Source: Chiloscyllium plagiosum
Lineage: Eukaryota
Assembly: GCF_004010195.1 (NCBI RefSeq)
Contig: NC_057746.1
Location: 9,987,045-10,051,044, forward strand
DNA length: 64,000 bases
Direction: 5' to 3'
Under the pieces are notes generated by a model that saw only the letters and a list, made by a program, of their open reading frames with translations, was not told where the DNA came from and made no database searches. Positions within the stretch are counted from its first letter, which is position 1, and each line of letters opens with the position of its first letter. This document shows, piece by piece, positions 23,900 to 34,071 of this stretch. Made by a program: the position numbers and the translations under genes.

Positions 23900-24480
23900 G
23901 ACAGCATTTTTGCTAAACATGCTTGACGAGGACATTAGTCTACCATGTGGAAACTTGTCAAAGACTCAATTACTGAAGTTAGGTCACATGGGAATCAGAA
24001 AGAGCTTGCCAATGGGATACAAAATTAGCTTGATGGCAGGAGACGGTAATGGCGGAGGGTTGTTTTTCAAACTGGACGCCTGTGATCAGCAGTGCTCCAA
24101 AAGGGTCTGTCTGGGTAGTCTTGTTTGTCACTTATAAAATGGATTTGGGAAATTAGAAGGCATGGTTAGTAAATTTACAGACACCAAAATTGATGACAGT
24201 AGACTAAGAAAATTATCTAAGAGTACAGAGGGATCTTAATCAGTTGGGCTGAAAAATGGCAGATGGGGTTCAGTCTGGATAAGTTGAGGTATTTGCATTT
24301 TGATACAACATACAGGAGTAGGGATTATACAATAAATTGTAGGGCTGTAGATAGCTCTATCGTAGAGGGACCTGGGGTGCCGGTACATAAGTCTTTGAAG
24401 TTTGCCTCACATGTATACAGGGTTTATGTAAAGGTGTTTGACACGCTTGTCTTCATTGCTCAGTCCTTTGAGTGCAGGAG
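23900..24480 (+). mobile_element. Old CR1 RT fragment (MHC intron 2)
   Basis: Degenerate KF.DTKI motif and CR1 C-terminal remnants. Confidence 0.7.
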
Positions 24481-25535
24481 TTGTTTTGTGGCTCCTCTGT
24501 TTTATCATGTGCTACTTATCACATCCATTCACCGGATGCTATTATGTTTTCTAATCAACCTATTCAGTGCTGCAATGACACCCCTCAGGAACAGGTGGGA
24601 CTTAAATGTAGGGACACTACCACTGTGCCTCAAGAGACCTTCTGTTACTTTGTGTTTATTTTATTTTCTACTTTTGTGTCTGTGATTTTTATACAAATAG
24701 ATGTCTCTTCCCTGCTTTGGGTTTATAAACGGGTTCAATAACATCAACATTTCCCACTGTCTATATTTTACACATTTACTGCTTTTAGCCAATTACAGTG
24801 AGCACACTTAATCTCATTTCACCGCAGATACCCTGGCCTAAAACTAAGACCTTGAGAGTTTCATATTTTTCTCGTTTAAATACAATATTGCACTTTGATC
24901 ACATTGTGGTCACTGTAAGATAAATATTCATGCTCTGCTCGTTTTAGTGTCCCGACTGCATTGAGGCCCAGATTTAAGCCCCACCGCCAAGGTTTCTAAT
25001 AAAGTGTCCAAACAGGTTGATTAATGAAATAGCTTAAAATTTTAAGTTAAATCTGACCTTACTCATTTCTAAATAGTGATGCCTGACACTGAAAAATAGG
25101 TATTCCGTGCTGATGCTGTACATTATGCTGTTTGTTTGGACCTTGCTCAGCGTAATTTAGAAGTTACTGCAGTTAATATCCAACATTGTCACTTCGCACT
25201 GTTTGAGCTGTCACCTAGTCTGACTAGCAGGTTACACTAGGGTTTCTGGAGAGTTCGAGCCATTTAGAATGAGACTAAATCTTACTGTGGATCAATCGGG
25301 GATATTTGGAGTTGTTTTTAAGTATTGTGTTTCTGTTGCAATTTCACAATTTCCAAAGCATATGTTAATTTTGGTCACCTGAATGAAGGCTAGGCCTAAC
25401 ATAGGCATCCAACAGGATATAACAGATCCAATTGGGGTTATTCAGGAATTCAAATGAGGATGGTAGAGTCAGACACAAACCGAAAACGTTTGAACTTATC
25501 CTGTGCTTTTGTTATGAACTTTCTTTCTGTTCCAG

Positions 25536-25818
25536 TTGAACCGACAGTCACTCTCTGACCTAAAGCATCTCAGCATTCTGCACAGTCAGCTCTGCTCTCA
25601 CGTCATGTCACTAGATTTTACCCTCCCGAGATCAAAGTCGCATGGCTGAAAAATAGAGCACCAATTCCTGGTGGTGTCATCAACACTGTCCTGTTATCAG
25701 ATGTTTACTGGAACTATCAGGTGGAGGATCTCCTCCAGTACCAGCCAGTGTCCGAGGGATAAATTCACCTGTCGTGTGCAACACAGCAGCCTGAATGGAC
25801 GCAAGAATGTGGACTGGT
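25536..25818 (+). pseudogene. MHC IIB exon 3 (beta2 Ig C1 domain), disrupted
   Basis: (V)EPTVTL*PKASQHSAQSALLSRHVTRFYPPEIKVAWLKN...WNYQVEDLLQYQPVS/GDKFTCRVQHSSLNGRKNVDW. C1 motifs FYP and CxVxHxSL are present; stop at 25556, Cys>Arg at 25601, extra base near 25755. Confidence 0.93.
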
Positions 25819-27144
25819 GTAAGAGACACTTTTTTTAAAATTCTGAAGCAATATTATGAAGATTATACAATGTTGAAGTGCTCTGATCTGTGGGGGAGAG
25901 TAACAGAATTAACAGGTTAACCCATCATTAATAAATATAAATGACAACTGAATTCTAAGTCACCACTTTACCCACATTGAGTTCCAGGGAAACTTTTCTT
26001 AATTGCTGCCGTTTCTCTTCCATTATAAGCTGTTTGTTATTCCTTTTCTGTATCAACTTAACTTCTCCAATAGGTTTCAATATGAATCCCTAAGTGTTCT
26101 CTTGATCATCTAGGCACATTTTTGTGCCATTTCTCCAAGGTGTGCTGTTCATGTGAAGCAGCTGAAGATGCTTGGATTGAGGACACTGACCTGAGGAGCT
26201 CCTGCTCTGATGGAAATGATTGACCTCCAATAGAACAAGCTTCCTTTGAGCTAGAAATGACTGCAATCAAAGCTTCCCCATTGATGCTCACTGACTTCAA
26301 TTTTACTACAGTCCCCTTGATACTATTTTTGATCAAATGTTGTTTTAATGAAAATGTTAACCACACTCCTCTCCCTTTTCGGATGCTACTTTCATGTCTG
26401 GACCATGGCTGTAATGAAGTATGGAGCCAACTAATCCTGACAACACAAAATGAGCTCAGTTTCGTTGACAAAAACTATTTTCTGCATATTTGTGTATGGA
26501 GCTGTATTGAAAATTAGCAGCATCTTGATTCAATGTTGGCAACTTGCAAGCCACTTTTCGCCCACCTGTAAAACATTGCTTTGGTCGGAAAGGCAACCAA
26601 TTATATTCTGTCCGATCTTAATGGACACAATTACCCTTAATCAGTTGCTGCTCAAGCCCATGGAATCTTACCTTGAATTCAGTGTAACATTGTACAGATT
26701 ATTCTATACCACTACAGTGGTATAAAAAAAGTGCTGCTGGAAGTCCAGTACAGTCTGCACTTCCTATTCTTCCTTCCTTTTTTTCTCTCCAGTGAAGAAT
26801 GTTTGCACAAGTTGGATCTTAACCCATTCATGTTCTTTTGTGGGTAGCTTGTGGAATTCCATTCACAAAGTAGTGGAAGCTGTTATTGAATTTACGTAAG
26901 TTACATTTTTGATCAACCAGGGTATTGACATTGTGGGAGCAGGGTAGGGAAAGTGCAGTTCAGCTGCAATCTGATCGGTCCGGATATTAGTAACTGGTAA
27001 GCCAGGCTTGAAAGGCCAAATTGCCTTCTGTCCTCCTAAGTCATGTTTCTATTTCCTCTGAACATCGGACCTAAACCAGAAGGTAGCTCCCTAATGTTAT
27101 TGTCAATATGAAGTTTATGACACCATCTGTTTTGACTTGAACAG

Positions 27145-27261
27145 AAGTCTGGAGTATTCCTGAATCGGCACATCCAAAGATTGTTGTCGGAGCCCTGTTC
27201 TTTGGGATTTGGCTGATCATCTTGCTGGCTGGAGTGATAATGAGGCTGAAGAATAATAAAG
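27145..27261 (+). pseudogene. MHC IIB exon 4 (connecting peptide/transmembrane)
   Basis: cag|AA-VWSIPESAHPKIVVGALFFGIWLIILLAGVIMRLKNNK-G|gtgag, a class II beta-type PES..KI.VG TM entry. Confidence 0.9.
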
Positions 27262-27494
27262 GTGAGCCTCTAGGGTTTGGGGGGGGGGGGGGGCGGGAAG
27301 AGAAACGAAAATAGGACAATCCTCCAAATAGAAAAGGACTACGAAAATAGAGAATGGAGCTGGCTGTGCCAACGCCATGATAGGAATACACAGTTTTACT
27401 GTCTGGCATTCAAATTTCAATTCATAGTGGGGAACTCTCGTTTCACATTTGACCTCATTGCACTATAGGCATTGTTGCATGCTGATTACCATGA

Positions 27495-27615
27495 CTTGGA
27501 GGTGCTGATGTTGGACTGGGCTGGACAAAGTTTAAAAATCTCACAACACCTGGTTATTGTCCGACAGGTTTATTTGCAAAGCACTGGCTTTCGAAATGAT
27601 CCTTCTTCATATGCT
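27495..27615 (-). mobile_element. Short Penelope-derived repeat (family 2), degraded
   Basis: Matches the 10310 and 20066 family (cacaacacc.ggtta..gtcc.acaggtttatttg). Confidence 0.7.
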
Positions 27616-27984
27616 ACAGAATTTATACGAAAAGTGCTACAGTCATGCAGTTGTAATGATATATTAGACTAATTTCGAGGAAGTCTTTTAGATTGGGATA
27701 TACTGTTTTACATTCTTTAATAAATAAATCCCAGAACTCTTTTTACTGTGAAGATAGTATAAAGAGCTGAGGTAATCACTGTTCTCTTTAGGAAGTATTC
27801 CGTTTGAGCCCATTCAAATTGAATGGTAAAATCTGATGTGTTGACTGAGGCTGGTCCTTGAACTTGTCAATCTAATAGCGTCTCCTGCACAACATCTGGG
27901 ATGAGGCACCTCACTCTGCTTCACTGAGCAGCTATGTTGATGTTGTGCCTGTCTAGAATCCTGGCTGAGAGCTGTTTCACCTTA

Positions 27985-28480
27985 ATCTGGTTGTCTGCAT
28001 GTATCTTTGCTCGCTGAGCTGAAGTGTTTGTTTTCAGCCGTTTTGTCAACATGCTAGGTAACATCAGTAAGCCTCTGGTGAAGAGCTGGTTTTATGTCCC
28101 GCTTTCCAATTGTTTCGATTTGCTTGGATGGGTGATTTAATTTCATGTGGTAAACCATTTCCTGTATTGGTCGTGCCACTTCCTGTTCTTTTTGAGGGTG
28201 ATAAATGAGGCCCACGTCAATGTGTGTGTTTATAGAGTTGTAGTTGGAATGCCATGCTTCGAGGAATTCTCGAGGATATCTGTTTGGCCTGTCCTTCAAT
28301 GGATGTGTTGTCCCAGTCGGGGACCATGTCTTTTTGTGGCTAGTTGATGTTTATTTACCCTGGTGTCTAGTTTTCTGCCTGTTTCTCCAATGTAGTGTTT
28401 GTTACAGTTCTTGCGAGGTATTTTGTAAATGATGTTAATTTTGTTTGTTGTCTGTATCAGTTCTTTTAAGTTGAGCTTCA
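27985..28480 (-). mobile_element. Penelope-like element 3' end (GIY-YIG)
   Basis: NIIYKIPRKNCNKHYIGETGRKLDTRVNKHQ and REFLEAWHSN. Confidence 0.88.
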
Positions 28481-29135
28481 TACAAGACTAAATATTGCTG
28501 GTTACCTGAGGTGGCATTGGTTAGGGTTCCTTTTCTTTCCTTCACTTGGACTGGGTAGAGCATTGCTGTATCTAAAGATCTGTCACCTCCTGAGGTGCCA
28601 AACTCAACATCAGCCCTGACTGTCACTCTAAAGCTGCCTGTGTGCTGAGATATGACTGAAGGCAGTCAGATGCTTCCTTTAGCTGTCTGTCATTTATAAT
28701 TGCCACCGGGTTTAGTGCAGCCGTTTGGCCGTTTGCTGAACAAACTGCATGCTGTATTAGTCATTATGACAGTCTACACATGGATAGGGTTCAAAACAAC
28801 TTCAGTACACCAAGGTAATCTGCTGTATCATCTGATGTGTGCATATGGCTACATAATTGACTTCCAAATTTAAAAGAAAAAGTAATCTGTCATCGTTTGA
28901 AGGGTAAACAACGATCAAAACTTCAGCTTTTAATTTTGCCAAATGAATCTTTCACTTCTAAGGCAGAGGGGACCTGAATTTACTATGTCAGCCAAAAATC
29001 AGCAGCTCTAACAGTGCAGCAGTCTGGAATATCGCAATAGCGTATAACCCTGTTACGTTTAATCCCTCAAATGAGACTTGAAACCATAGCCATCCTCACT
29101 GGAGACAAACTAACCTCATTTTCTTTCTCTTGCAG

Positions 29136-29165
29136 CTATCCTGGACTCCAGCTATCACAGTCCAT
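29136..29165 (+). pseudogene. MHC IIB exon 5 (cytoplasmic tail)
   Basis: Strong polypyrimidine tract and tgcag| (A)ILDSSYHSP-T |gtaagt; phase-compatible with exon 4. Confidence 0.8.
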
Positions 29166-30029
29166 GTAAGTATAACAGCTATTTTGGATGTGGTGAAAGG
29201 AGGAATACTTTCAAACAAGGTTCCAGTTCTGACCAGTAGCAGCATTCCTGTGTAATTCTCGCTGTGAATGCTGTAATGAGCGGAACTAGACTATTAACCC
29301 CTTCAACCTACTTTGCCATTTAATAAGGTTAAGGGTATCTGATGGCCACAATACTGCATTCCTACCTAACCTCAGACAGGTACATCCTGGGTTCGATTGT
29401 AAAACCTCCCCCAGGAAATGTATTGAAGCTGCCCCCAAACCCACTTCATATCAGATTTTGCTGGTTGCAGTGTAAGTTGAACCCTTCCTAGCGGTGAAAC
29501 AGTACTTAACTCACCCCCCCCCCCCGCCCCCTCCACACCCCGTCTGTAATGAGAGAGCAATGAAAGAGGTAATCTCTGGACACTATAGGGATTCTTTGTA
29601 AAACCTGAAGCACCCTGGACCCTACCCTGTCTCAGACTGATCTGTTAGATGTATGAATAATACTGGTTCCTGTCATAAGATCTGAGTCTAGTTTTTTCCT
29701 TCTACCACACGTGACTCCTGATTGCATTGTCATTGCCAATCCTGTATTTTTAATTTATTCAGAGATATGGATTTTTTGCAGACTGCTCACTGTATACCCT
29801 GGAGACGTTGGTGGAGGACTGCTGCTGTCTTGAATTGATGCAGCTCCTTTGGTGTAGGAATACCATGTTATTAAGGAGGGACTCTAGGTATTTCACCAGC
29901 AACAGTGAAAGAATAGTGATGTTTCCGAGTCAGTGATTGCTGTAACTTTTGGAAATTTCTTGAATGGTAATCTACCATCCATTACACAACTGTAAATGTC
30001 TACTGTCAGTATAATGCACAGCTCCAGAG

Positions 30030-30235
30030 ACCATGGAGCAAAATCAGGGTATTCAGCCCATCAGATCTGCTCCACCATTTAACTGTGGCTGATGTGTTTC
30101 CCAACCCCATCCTCCTGCCTTCTCCCTGTAACCCCTGGTCCCATTACCAGTCAAGAACCTATCTATCCCTGTATTACATACACTCTATGACTTAGTTTCC
30201 ATAGCCACCTGCAGCAATGAGTTCCACAGATTAAC
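30030..30235 (-). mobile_element. CR1 3' end fragment
   Basis: Reverse complement of the CR1 tail (WNSL..., gggttacaggg, aaatggtggagcaga). Confidence 0.7.
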
Positions 30236-30348
30236 CTTGGAATTACTATCTGTCTGATTTGCAGGTTGCCTGTGCACTTTAGTAATTTCTATTCACTGTG
30301 TACATGAAAGTGGGTCATCTGCTTTCTAACTCAAACTCTCTATTCCAG

Positions 30349-30371
30349 GTTGGAGTACAGCTGGAAGTTAA
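30349..30371 (+). pseudogene. MHC IIB exon 6 (last codons and stop), followed by a probable 3' UTR
   Basis: tctctattccag| GT TGG AGT ACA GCT GGA AGT TAA; candidate AATAAA at 31122. Confidence 0.6.
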
Positions 30372-30873
30372 ATGTGGACTTGACCTGAAAGAGTGAAGTG
30401 ACGTCATGGATTAAACAGCTCTAAAATGCTTCAATTTTCAATGTGGCCACAGATCATCATATAGGCTGCTTCACGTTGACTTTTGTTCGAGGTTAATCTC
30501 GTGAAATGCATGAGACTTGTACACTGTAACTTTTTAATCATGTTGAAATGACCTGTAAAAACAGATGTTTAATGTACAGCTACCACAGTGTGATTAACTC
30601 CTCTCTTTGCACCCCATCCTCATCCTGAGTTACTGGGATCAGTGCTTGAATGGCTCTCTCTTTTTAACTTCACTTTCTGTTCGCAAAGCTTTGTTGTAAA
30701 TGTTCTGAAATCTCCATTATTTACTTCAAAAATAATGTGTCTTGTATCTAAACAATTTTAATGTAACAATTGATTTTTTTTAAGATCCATTACATGGACT
30801 TTAGTTTTGATATTATAGCTGCAATCAGTTTGATAAAGACCATTTGTACTTGGGTTTGCTGTTGTTTGTCCTT

Positions 30874-31080
30874 GAAAATGTGTTGCTGGAAAAGCGCAGC
30901 AGGTCAGGCAGCATCCAGGGAACAGGAGAATCGACGTTTCGGGCATAAGCCCTTCCTGAAGAAGGGCTTATGCCCGAAACGTCGATTCTCATGTTCCCTG
31001 GATGCTGCCCGACCTGCTGCGCTTTTACAGCAACACATTCTCAGCTCTGATCTCCAGCATCTGCAGACCTCACTTTCTCT
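30874..31080 (+). mobile_element. Penelope pLTR unit with inverted 5' copy (fold-back) and hammerhead, 14-bp TSD
   Basis: TSD tgttgtttgtcctt at 30860-30873 and 31081-31094; 30874-30955 is the near-perfect reverse complement of 30961 to about 31042. Confidence 0.88.
30953..30988 (+). ncRNA. Minimal type I hammerhead ribozyme (intact core)
   Basis: CTGAAGA(30956)-A-GGGC-TTAT-GCCC-GAAA-CGTC(30983). Confidence 0.75.
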
Positions 31081-31357
31081 TGTTGTTTGTCCTTTACAAT
31101 GAAAAGCTTCAACTACTAACTAATAAACTTTGGGTCTGTACAATTGGCCACTGCATTTTCCAATCCAAAAAAAATGTGCAAATGGCAGTCATTCCGTACA
31201 GAATTTTGGTAGACTGAGTCCAGTTTGTGGAATGTGCCCTTCATGTGAATTTTCCTATGGTAAAGCTGAGCTATTTCAGGGCGGAGAATCTGTCAGCCAC
31301 TGGCTGTATGCAATGCTGATCCAAACATACATGAAGCAATATTGACCACTTGTGTCG

Positions 31358-31811
31358 TGGAAATTAAATCGACTTGACGCAATTATTAGCAAGAGCAAAT
31401 AAATGAGGTTTATTCTTAATCCTGCAGGATTGACTCACTACACTAATCCAGATGCCTCAATGCAAGGAGTACTGAGCATTGTTCAGAGGCTTGTCTTATA
31501 CTGTTTCTTATCATGCTCTCAAGGACAGAGACTGGGAGAGCACAAGGAATTATTCTCTTATTCCGTGGTCTTAGATGCAATAATTCTTCAACTTTCGTTG
31601 AGTTTGACTATCACAAGTTCAAGTCGAATGTTTACATGATTCAAACAGAGATAAGCTAACTACAGACCTTCATCAAAGTATCGTTTACAAAGCTCTGTAC
31701 AGCATTCAATTGAAGAAAAGCATTCTCCTTCAACTTTCACAGTAAATGGATCATTAATTTCACAGTAAATGGATCATTAATTTCACAGTAAATGGATAAT
31801 TTTTCATTCCA
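31358..31811 (-). mobile_element. 3' LTR of the endogenous retrovirus
   Basis: On the minus strand it starts TGGAA right after the polypurine tract aaaaagggggaaaa (31812-31825) and ends TTCCA (inverted termini). TATAAG near 31500 and AATAAA at 31414-31409 are in the expected order. Confidence 0.8.
31735..31803. repeat. 23-bp tandem repeat (about 3 copies) in the LTR U3 region
   Basis: tttcacagtaaatggatcattaa repeated directly. Confidence 0.9.
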
Positions 31812-34071
31812 TTTTCCCCCTTTTTGACATAAACTGACAATAAGGACTACTACAGCAATAACACATTAAATCTAGAGCCAGAATAGCTAAACATCAGAAA
31901 ATGTTAAGGAAACACCAGGCCTTTCCTCACACACCACCTCCCCGAAACACAGCTGTGTGGCGGTATCGTCACTTGCTCTGGTGTGCCCTGTACACAGCCC
32001 ATGTTCACACGTCATACTCGCCAAAGTCATGGTAGTGTGGCGTCCACGCAATGCCCGTGCCCTTATAATAGTCCAACCAGGGCGCTTGCTAAAAGTGTGA
32101 GCTGTGGCAGCCCCATATTCGTATGAAGCTTCTAATCACTACTTGCACTTAATTGGTTCCAGTGCTGTCCGATGTCTCCTCCAGCCCAGCTACACGCTTG
32201 CAATGGCTGGTATATATCCACGTGGCTCTTTCTGCGACTTTAACAGTTGTCTGTATTTCAAGGAGCACTTGAAACGGTCCAAGCCACCTCTTCACCTTCC
32301 AGTTATTCCTCGTGAATTCTTTCACCACTATCCAGTCTACAGGTTCTAGATCATGCAGTTTCCGTCCTGCTGGTTGGGGTAGTGCTGCTTTCACTTGATT
32401 CTGTATTTGTGATAAAAATATATAGAGTTTTATACAGTAATGTAACATCTCATCCTCACAGTGGCTTGTTAGCTGCCTTACCTTATATCTTGGGCCAATT
32501 CTTTTGTTGGGCGGTCTACCAAACAAAATCTCAAATGAGCTAAGGTTAGCTCTTCCTCTCCTCCGAGATCTGATACACATTATCACAATCAGAAGAGACT
32601 TTGTCCATGTCACCTCTAGGTTCTCACAACTTTTTGTCATTTTTTTTTAGGGTAGCACTTTCTCTTTCCACTGCCCCACCGCTCGCTGGGTGTAGGCATC
32701 GTGTTGTCTCATATGTATTCCCAAATAATCACTGATCTGTTGAAATCATTATTGGCAAATGGTGTCCCATTGTCACTACTAAGCCTTTCAGGAATTATTT
32801 CTGTAAGCAAAGCTTTAGCTACTGCACTGGCATCCTGTTTAGACGAAACGCTTCCACCCATTTGGAAAACATATCAACTTTTACCAGGCAATACGTTTTC
32901 CCTTCTTTGGGCGTTAGTTCAATGAAATCCATCTGTAAATATTCAAAGGGTTTTTGGGGTTGGGGGTGTGCTGCCTGACTCATCTCTATTCCTCTCCCCA
33001 CATTATTAGTGACACAGATTACATAACACCCACAATATTTCTGGGAATAATAAGTAATTCCCTTCGTGTACCAGTGTGCTGAAATAATGTCGTACACCAC
33101 CCTCCCCACCCCACTTTTGACACACGGTCCTTACAATGTGTCAGTTTGGCATAGAATGGAAATAATGATCGTGGTAGAGAGGGTTTACAATTGGGGCCAC
33201 ATCATACTCCTTCCCTCGCACTGCAGCCTGCTTTTGTCCACTCACGATTTTCTTCTGATGTGGCCTGTGACTGTAACTCCCGCATGTCTGCTGTTGGGGT
33301 ACAACGTTTTGTTTTACACATGTCAATCTGCTCATTTTGCAGATGCTGTGCTGCCGTTCTTGCTGCTGATTCTGCCTTTGCATTGCCTTTGGAAATAAAA
33401 TCATTTTTGTGTGTGGGCTTCACATTTACACACAACGATTGATTTGGGCAATACGACCTCTTCCAGGAGGTCAGAAATCAGGCTACGGTGTGAGATGGGC
33501 TTTCCAGTGGAGATAAAGAAGCATCCTGTGTTTCCACAGGTTTCTGAAATCATGTACAATCTCCAATTAATATCTACTATTGGTGTAAATATTCAGTGTC
33601 TTTCCCTCAGCTAATTTACATGCCTCAGTCAAGGCAATCAGCTCTGCTGCTTGCGCTGACAGATGAGAAGGGAGTGATCCCGCTTTGACAATCTCGTAGA
33701 TAATCACTACAACATACCCAAAACAATTCCAGCCTGTCTCCTTGCTCCTGAATGCTGACCCGTCCACAAAAAAAACTCCATATCTGATTTCTGAAGTGGT
33801 GAATCCTGCAAATCTTGTCGAGGGCTGCAAATCTCATTCGTTACTGGGACATAATCATGTGGGTCTCTGTCGACTTCTGTGGGGAGAAGGCAAGCAGGGT
33901 TTAGGACGTTACATCACTTTATTGTAAAGTTAGACATCTCCAAGAGCACAGTATTATATCTGAGCCAACGTGCTGCTGACATGTGTGCGGCCATTTCCTC
34001 GGATAGAAGTAAGGATACTGAATGTGGGACCAGACGGGTTAATTCACCATAGCCGACTATAACCCTGGATA

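Larger units (their letters stand above)
13588..30371 (+). pseudogene. MHC class II beta chain pseudogene (shark-type), six exons
   Basis: Leader, beta1, beta2 (Ig C1), connecting peptide/TM and two cytoplasmic exons, all phase 1 with GT/AG introns. Lesions: Tx1 insertion in exon 1, TAG 23260, TGA 25556, Cys>Arg 25601, +1 frameshift near 25755, split T|AA stop at the exon 3/4 junction. Confidence 0.93.

Noticed and set aside
13588-30371. W-category, DM or class I identity for the MHC gene
   Set aside because: One membrane-distal exon with two cysteines, one C1 exon and a PES..KI.VG TM exon fit class II beta, and the tail resembles ordinary shark IIB as I recall it. A phylogeny is needed to exclude W-category formally.
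31735-31803. Direct repeats resembling a CRISPR array
   Set aside because: Head-to-tail 23-bp tandem repeat without spacers, inside a retroviral LTR in vertebrate DNA.
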